A stretch of DNA of 63,790 nucleotides, filler included, from Reclinomonas americana ATCC 50394 (Eukaryota): NCBI GenBank assembly GCA_048213135.1. It is 6 parts of 4 records of this genome, joined end to end, with 100 filler letters (N's around TTAATTAATTAA, not from the genome) between each part and the next. Parts side by side here need not be neighbours in the genome. Positions count along the whole stretch, not along the records: positions 39,521 to 60,113 come from PS015125.1; positions 60,214 to 61,892 come from PS015128.1; positions 61,993 to 63,790 come from PS015130.1; 3 more parts are not named here. The stretch is one strand, 5' to 3'. The notes under the pieces are model-generated. The model worked only from the letters and a program-made list of their open reading frames with translations. It did no database searches and was not told the DNA's origin. The position numbers and the translations under genes are program-made. Below are positions 56,601 through 63,790 of this stretch, in pieces. Each line of letters opens with the position of its first letter. The first letter of the stretch is position 1.

Positions 56601-58294
56601 ACGAATGCCGACAGAGACACCGGGGGTGATCACCAAGAGCGCCGCGTTCGGCACAATCAGCGTACCCGCGGCGGCAGTCGCGGTTGTCGGCGTGCACGAG
56701 CTGCCGGGCTCCAATCGAACTGTGCGTATCAGTGCAGGACTGAGGTTGACACCTGATAGCACAAACTGGGCGGCGCTGTCGGCCAGCAACACAGAGGCGG
56801 GTGCGACGGAAGAAATGCCTGCAACCACCCCAGTGAGCATTCTTTTGTTTCTTCCTGCTTGACGCAGATAACAGCGACGCAGCGCACCTGCCGAGCAGTT
56901 GGCGGTGGCAGCAAAGGCGGCAGGACAACTGCACGAGCCATCGCCGCTCACTCCCTGCTGGCACACACCGCCGTTCTGGCAGCCACACACGCCGGCGCAC
57001 ACAGGTCCGAATCGGCCCGCAAGGCAGTTGGCGCAGCCAATGGCCGGATCAAAATTGTTCAAACAAGTGGAGCACCGGGTGGCCGGATCGTAGCGCGCCA
57101 CGCAGAAGCATCCACCTGTGCCGGTGACTCCATTGTCGCACGTTCCACCGTTGAAACATGCCATGCAAGTGAAGGCGCAACCGGCGCCATACGAGGTGGA
57201 GGCACACACACAGCCACGACCATTGCGGCCGCCGTCGCACCTGCACGACCAAATACTATGTGAGAATGCGAGTGACAGACACAACGACACAACAAATCAG
57301 CACGCACACTGAGCCAGCGGGACACGCACACACGCCTGCAGACACGCGATTAGAATCAATAGCCACAAAACAAAGCGAGGGATGGTTCAAAAAAGCATCA
57401 CGCAACCGGCGCAGTCGATGCCATACTGGTTGGCGGGGCAGTCGAGAGTGGTGAAGGTGACAGCGGTGCTTCCACTGTCCACCGTCATGGTGTCGACGGT
57501 AAGCGCCACCGCTCGCACCGTGTACGCTGTCAGAGCGTTGAGGCTGTTCACGGTCAACGAGGCAACCGTGAGCGCAGCGCCAGTCACTGGCTGCGACATG
57601 CGCACGCGACGCATCGGCACCACGATTTTGCGCACGGTAAAGTTTTGCGCATCTGCCACGAACACCGTGTCGCCAGTGCGATTGACTGCGACTCGCGACG
57701 GTTGTCGGAACAGAGCCGATGTGATTCCTGGACCGTTGGAGCTGCCGGCGACCCCGCTGCGACCGGCCACTGTCCACATGTACTGCGTGGTGACATCGAG
57801 GCAGCGAATCACCGAGTTTTGCGTGTCGGCAACGAACAGCACAGTGCCGTCATTGCTGACGGAGACCGACTGCACTCCGTTGAACGTCACCGCCAAACCG
57901 GCCCCGCCGTCGACCGCATCACCGACAACGAGCAGGCGACCGGCGACAGTGTCGAGCTGACCGGTGGCCACCGTGTACCGTCGAATCAGCTGATTGCCCT
58001 GGTCTGCCACCCACACATACGTGCCTTGCGAGTCGGCTGCCACACCCGTTGGGTTGTTGAGTCGCGCAGCGGCACCCAAGCCATCTGCACCGCCAGCAAC
58101 ACCAGCAGAGCCCACCAGCGTTGTAACTGTCCAAGTTGCAATCGTGACACGACGCAGGGTGTGACTGCCCGAGTCGGCGACCCACAGCGAGCCGAGCGAG
58201 TCGCACGCCAGACCACGTGGACCGTTGAAGCGCGCCAGCGCCCCGTTGCCATCCGCAACGCCACTCGCGGTAATAATGCCGGCCACAGTGGACG
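45946..58294 (-). CDS. Giant polycystin-1-like receptor: NHL repeats, FN3-like, EGF-like, about 7 TIG-like repeats, REJ-like region, GPS domain, multi-TM C-terminus
   Basis: NHL motifs (ARFNGPRGLACD..LWVADSG, ARLNNPTGVAAD), EGF-like motifs (C.NGG.C..GV.G.G.C.C), REJ-like DPD...FRWTC, GPS CVYWNTTTESWRNDGC...CECTHLTDFS, several hydrophobic exons. Last exon ends ...IRIREDK* at 45946. Some exon boundaries are approximate. Confidence 0.78.
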
Positions 58295-59262
58295 NNNNNN
58301 NNNNNNNNNNNNNNNNNNNNNNNNNNNNNNNNNNNNNNNNNNNNNNNNNNNNNNNNNNNNNNNNNNNNNNNNNNNNNNNNNNNNNNNNNNNNNNNNNNNN
58401 NNNNNNNNNNNNNNNNNNNNNNNNNNNNNNNNNNNNNNNNNNNNNNNNNNNNNNNNNNNNNNNNNNNNNNNNNNNNNNNNNNNNNNNNNNNNNNNNNNNN
58501 NNNNNNNNNNNNNNNNNNNNNNNNNNNNNNNNNNNNNNNNNNNNNNNNNNNNNNNNNNNNNNNNNNNNNNNNNNNNNNNNNNNNNNNNNNNNNNNNNNNN
58601 NNNNNNNNNNNNNNNNNNNNNNNNNNNNNNNNNNNNNNNNNNNNNNNNNNNNNNNNNNNNNNNNNNNNNNNNNNNNNNNNNNNNNNNNNNNNNNNNNNNN
58701 NNNNNNNNNNNNNNNNNNNNNNNNNNNNNNNNNNNNNNNNNNNNNNNNNNNNNNNNNNNNNNNNNNNNNNNNNNNNNNNNNNNNNNNNNNNNNNNNNNNN
58801 NNNNNNNNNNNNNNNNNNNNNNNNNNNNNNNNNNNNNNNNNNNNNNNNNNNNNNNNNNNNNNNNNNNNNNNNNNNNNNNNNNNNNNNNNNNNNNNNNNNN
58901 NNNNNNNNNNNNNNNNNNNNNNNNNNNNNNNNNNNNNNNNNNNNNNNNNNNNNNNNNNNNNNNNNNNNNNNNNNNNNNNNNNNNNNNNNNNNNNNNNNNN
59001 NNNNNNNNNNNNNNNNNNNNNNNNNNNNNNNNNNNNNNNNNNNNNNNNNNNNNNNNNNNNNNNNNNNNNNNNNNNNNNNNNNNNNNNNNNNNNNNNNNNN
59101 NNNNNNNNNNNNNNNNNNNNNNNNNNNNNNNNNNNNNNNNNNNNNNNNNNNNNNNNNNNNNNNNNNNNNNNNNNNNNNNNNNNNNNNNNNNNNNNNNNNN
59201 NNNNNNNNNNNNNNNNNNNNNNNNNNNNNNNNNNNNNNNNNNNNNNNNNNNNNNNNNNNNNN

Positions 59263-60113
59263 GGTGCAGACTGGTCCGCCAGTCTCTTTCTCGACTGCTG
59301 CTCTCCCCTCGGTGACGTTGTCGTCGCCTCCCGTGCGTGTTGGCTCACGAACGGTGTGGTTGTCGGGCACTGCCGCACACGGAGGCGGTGTCGCGTCGTC
59401 TACGCTGGCCATCGAGTATGCCCAGTCGGCCGCCGCGCTAACCAGTGCGCCACTAACTGCGGGCGCTGTCACGGTGCCGACGACAGCCTCCGGCACCGCT
59501 TCTGTCGCCGTGAGCGGCCTGCTGACATCGCTTGTGCCCGGTGTGCAGTACTTTGTGCAACTGGCGGCGAGTACGGCTGACGTGCCCGTGCAGCGCAGCT
59601 CACCGACGGTCGTGTTCACCACCATGCCAATACCGAGTGTCGCAGTGGGCACGCCGAGTGGCCTGCAGTCGAATGCAGTCACCCTGAGTGCCACTGTTGG
59701 TGCGAATTCCGGCGCGCCGGTGACCCTGGCTTTCGATGTGACGCAATCGTCGGTTGCCACCGCCGCATTCGCGAACACAGTGAGTGTGGTGGCCGGCGCC
59801 GTGTTGTCGAGCGGCTTTGCCGACGGTGATGGACTCAGTGCGGCCGAGTTTGGTTCGCTTGTCGGCCTTGCGGTGGACAGTTCGACCGGCTCGGTGTACG
59901 TGGCCGACGCTGCGAACAGCATCATTCGTCGCCTCGACGTCAACGGCGTGGTTTCGACGCTGGCCGGTGCCGCCGGTATGACGGGCACTGCAGACGGTGC
60001 TGCCACGACAGCGCGATTCACCGAGCTTGCCGATGTGGCGTTCGATCGAACCTCGAATGCGTTGTATGTTCTCGACAAGCACGCTCTCCGCCAGGTGCTA
60101 CTGGACGGAAGTG
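59263..60113 (+). CDS. FN3-like plus NHL-repeat fragment, probably the upstream part of the polycystin-like gene placed in the opposite orientation
   Basis: VSGLLTSLVPGVQYFVQLAA...FTT, AVTLSATVGANSG, GFADGDG..AEF....GLAVDS..SVYVADAANSIIRR, GTADGAATTARF. Confidence 0.8.
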
Positions 60114-60157
60114 NNNNNNNNNNNNNNNNNNNNNNNNNNNNNNNNNNNNNNNNNNNN

Positions 60158-60169
60158 TTAATTAATTAA
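60158..60169. other. Artificial scaffold linker
   Basis: TTAATTAATTAA between N runs. Confidence 0.97.
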
Positions 60170-60640
60170 NNNNNNNNNNNNNNNNNNNNNNNNNNNNNNN
60201 NNNNNNNNNNNNNAAGCTTGGCACTGTCGAATCGCATGCGACATTTCCTGCGTGTGCAGATATGAGTGGCGATCGTGTTGATCTCACACACATGAGAACA
60301 CACACACCGACACTCGTACGCCGGAGTGCCGATGGGAGGGATCGGCGAGGCCGAGAGCGAGGACGACGCACTCGGTGTCGACATTCGTGATAAGATTGAG
60401 CGCGCCAATTTGACATGAGTCATCATTCCCGCCGCGTACGGTCAGTTTCCATCTCAGCAACTCCCGCGCGCGCGTATCATCACTCTGTGTGCGAGTGCGA
60501 GTGCGAGTGCGTGGCGTGTTATTGTGAAAGGCAGGTTGGTGGCGGGCTCGTTTCGCGTGCGTGTGTGCACTATTTCAGTATCCAACTTGGAAAGGCAGTG
60601 TCTGTGTGTGTGTGGAGCCGTTTCCGCCGCGCAAACCCAG

Positions 60641-61857
60641 ATGTCAGCCAAAGCTGCTCAGCGCCCTCGCTCCAGTGGCGCCAACCGGTCGATGGATGTG
60701 CACAGTCCGACCGCCTCAATAGCCTCGTCAAGCAACATGCTCGGTGTGTCGTCGGCGGCGGCCAATCCGAGTGGATCTCCGACTGCCGTCGCTGGCAAGA
60801 AACGCTGGCAGCGTGCGCATCCACTCGAAGGCGACGGTGCTGTTCCCAACCTGTTCCAGTACCTGTGGAAGAAGAACCGTGATGTTGCGTTTTCTTGTGA
60901 GCTCTGTGTGTGCGACGATGGTGATGATGATGAACGCATTCTTGGCAGTTGGAAAGTTGCGCGCATGTCAAGGTTCCCGACACGATCATCTACGAGCACA
61001 ACTATCCGCGCTCGTGGTTCTGCTACGACACCAAGGGCCGCGAATTCAAACGCAAGGCCGGCAAGGAGCTGGAGGTCGACACGATTGCGGCAGCGTTTCG
61101 ACAGTCGGACACCTCGTGTGATATTGTGGCCAAGTATGTGGCCAGCGATGGCACAGGTTTGTTGATGGACAGGGAGGAAAAGAGAGGGGAAGAATGTCCT
61201 TCAACTCATCTGCGCGAGTGCAGAGTCCGGGACCACGGTCGAGTTCTTTGACGAGGCCCGTCTTGGTGAGCAATTCGTGTCGTGCAGAAATCACTCTCTC
61301 CCTGTGCTCACGAGGTTCTGCAGATGAGTTCTTGGCCGGCGGCAAGGAGAAGCACGCACAGGGGTTCCTGCAGCGATTTATACCGCCCAAGGGCGATCAC
61401 AATAGTTGCGTACAGTATGGATGCGCTTCTTTACTCCGTTTCTCGATGCTCACACGCCTGTGCTTCTCGCAGCCGTGATTCAAGCCATCTGGTCACCTCA
61501 CGTGTGCATGGTGGAGCGCCGTACAAACCTCCACAAGTTGTATGACCGACGACTGTCGCCGTTCCAGCGCGCTGTCACCTACGAGGGTCAAATGTACAAC
61601 AGCTCCGAAGGTGAAGTGGCAGACCGCACAGCCTCGGGAAACTGCATGCAGCAACTGACTGGCTAGTGTATGCATACGGAGCAGTGTTCTGTGCACCGGC
61701 CATGATCCAGCAAGTCAAGATCGTGTGCAACAGCATCACCGAGCACATTGCTCAGGTGGAGCACGTCAATGTGAGTCGCATGGTTCTCTACTTTATGGTC
61801 GACAAGCAGGATGTTCTGTGGCTCCTTGGTTCCAGCAGCCTGCGATTGGAGGTCAAG
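60641..61857 (+). CDS. Conserved hypothetical protist protein (possibly ATP-grasp-like), multi-exon, 3'-partial
   Basis: Five introns join in frame to give LFQYLWKK...VPDTIIY...WF...IVAKY...VEFFD..L..FL...GFLQRFIPPKG.HNTVIQAIWSP...ERRTN...RAVTYEG...RMVLYF..D....LWLL. Confidence 0.7.
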
Positions 61858-61936
61858 GTCTGTTTGTCTCCTGGCATCGATCGAGCCCGCGCNNNNNNNN
61901 NNNNNNNNNNNNNNNNNNNNNNNNNNNNNNNNNNNN

Positions 61937-61948
61937 TTAATTAATTAA
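61937..61948. other. Artificial scaffold linker
   Basis: TTAATTAATTAA between N runs. Confidence 0.97.
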
Positions 61949-61992
61949 NNNNNNNNNNNNNNNNNNNNNNNNNNNNNNNNNNNNNNNNNNNN

Positions 61993-62451
61993 GTTTGTGT
62001 TTGACGCAACAAGCTTGAGGTACTCGACAAAGACGGCGACCGAGGCCTTCTCGCTTCCACCACGCGTGAACTGCGAGAACGAGGAACGAATCTCGTCTTG
62101 TCGTCGTTGCAGGAGGTCGGCGAGCACCGAGGAGCCGAGAGAGGCACGAGAGGTCGACCTGAGAATGAGAAACACACACACACACGCGCACATGTACAGA
62201 CACAGAGAGTGTAAGAGAATGTGTGTGCGTGTGTGTGCAAGTGGGAGAGTGGGAGTGAGGCGCAACGTCATTTGTGTTGTGTGTGTGTGTGTGCGTGCGT
62301 GCAAGGCAGCGAGTGTATGTGTGTGTCTTTTGGACAGAGACGCGCACCGCCAAATTGAGATGCCGACTCTCCTTTTTTCCTTCTGCTCTCTCTCTCTCTC
62401 TTGTGCTTTGTCTCGCTGGTTGCAGGTGGGGCGCGTGTCTCGCTGAGACAT
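61993..62451 (-). CDS. 5' fragment of a hypothetical protein, truncated
   Basis: MSQRDTRP...GISIWR then donor gtgcgc, acceptor ttctcag, then STSRASLGSSVLADLLQRRQDEIRSSFSQF... Confidence 0.4.
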
Positions 62452-62868
62452 GGTTTTCTGAAGTGTGTGTGTGCATTGTGCAGTTGATTTCTGCATGCAT
62501 GCATTGCGTATTCGTATTGCATTGGGAGATGCTGCTCTGTGGCATGCGGGGGCGACACGCGGAGGGGTACAGTGTCGGCGAATGATCCGAGAGCATTTAA
62601 TTCCGGGTCCGTCACGCTGTATTTCATTTGCAATCGGGATTTTCATGCACCCCGTGCGGATCTCTCGTTCTTCCACTCAAATGCAAGGGTTGAGGATCTG
62701 GGCGCTATGATATACCCAAGGCATTTCTTGGCTATCCTTGATCTCCAGCTTGTCGTTTTGGATGTTGTGATTCCAAGGCAAGCCGCTTTGTGCCTGAGAA
62801 CGCGACACACTAGTTACACCACGCACGTACAATAAACCATTTTCCACAAACATCATCACAAGAAGAGT

Positions 62869-62899
<31 letters not shown>

Positions 62900-63012
62900 A
62901 CAAGAGTACAAACAAGACCAAAACATAGGTGAAACACGAAAGAAAAACAATGTGCCACAAGAGAGTACAACATGCATATCCTATACATACAACAAAACGG
63001 AACCAACGTGTG

Positions 63013-63790
63013 TCAGTCCGAGGGCGTCAGCAGCACGGTCTCCAGCATTGGGAAGCCTGCGCATGCGTACCAGGGCTCAGTACATCGTTATTTCTGCAGC
63101 ATTATCTTTCCCCATCGCTCACCAGTGCGCATCTCCATATCCTCCTCCAAAATGGGCAGGCCGTACAGCGACAGGGTCGTCAGCGAGTCGAGGTGGCCCT
63201 CGAGCGCATCAATGCCCGACAGCGTCACTCGTGTGTACGCCACGCTCAGGCTCTTCAGTCGCTTCAACGCTGCATGCACCCGAGTCATTTGAGTCACACT
63301 CCACCACTCTCCACTTACCCCGTCCGTCCCCACACACACGCAACTCCGCAGCAAGGCCACTCCCGCATCCGAGATTTGCGGGTTGCGCGAAATGTTGAGC
63401 TGCTCCAACGCCGTCATCGTGCCGATGCACGCACAGGCGCGGTCGTTCAGCACACCGCCGCAGATCTCCAGCGAGCGCAGCTGTGCGCCAATCGGCGACT
63501 CGGCCAACGCGCGCACGCCCACGTACGTGATGGGACAGCCGAATAGATCGAGCTCACGCAGCGAGGTCCACGCCGGTGCCAGCGTGATGATCGCCTGGTC
63601 CGTGATATTCGGCGAGTCAATGTTCGCGTGCACCAGCTTAGTGAGAGGCGCCAGGCGCGCCATGCCGGCATCGGTGACCGGGCACCCGAACAGACTCAGC
63701 GAGGTGAGCGATTGCATGCCGCCCAGCACCGTCAGCGCCGCGTCCGTGATGTTGGCGTCGGTGAGATCGACCGATGTCAGGTGCGGGAAC
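63013..63790 (-). CDS. Leucine-rich repeat protein (RNI/FBXL-like LRRs), C-terminal part
   Basis: Repeats L..L.L.GC.(V/I)TD.G...L. Two introns (A|gttgcg...gcag and G|gtgagc...gcag). Ends GFPMLETVLLTPSD*. Confidence 0.85.

Noticed and set aside
6709-61948. Five TTAATTAATTAA palindromes as recombination or piggyBac-type sites
   Set aside because: They are always embedded in fixed-length N runs, so they are concatenation linkers. Adjacency across them has no biological meaning.
62570-62810. Possible structured ncRNA in the intergenic segment
   Set aside because: No recognisable snRNA, snoRNA or tRNA motifs by eye; an Rfam scan would be needed.

Overview
Eukaryotic, GC-rich, intron-rich DNA, probably from a protist. 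The window is not one locus: it is six scaffolds joined by artificial N-TTAATTAATTAA-N linkers (about 1-6664, 6764-16942, 17043-39420, 39521-60113, 60214-61892, 61993-63790). Large cell-surface protein genes dominate: an NHL/FN3 type-I membrane protein, a STIG1-type cysteine-rich protein, a fibrocystin-L (PKHD1L1)-like protein spanning about 17 kb, and a REJ/GPS polycystin-1-like receptor. There are also four paralogous WD40 genes, a tandem GT77 (RRA-like) glycosyltransferase, a CDK11/CDKG kinase and an LRR protein. Most notable observations: (1) a frequent class of 5' splice sites shifted by one base (GTTGCGT), used almost only when the last exon base is not G, plus one AT-AC intron; (2) a family of stand-alone WD40 propellers with hypervariable top-face residues and a SOCS-box-like tail; (3) four apparently non-catalytic spherulin-4/GH135 domains inserted into the fibrocystin-L-like protein. 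I reconstructed gene models by hand from reading-frame continuity, and family calls rest on remembered motifs, not database searches.
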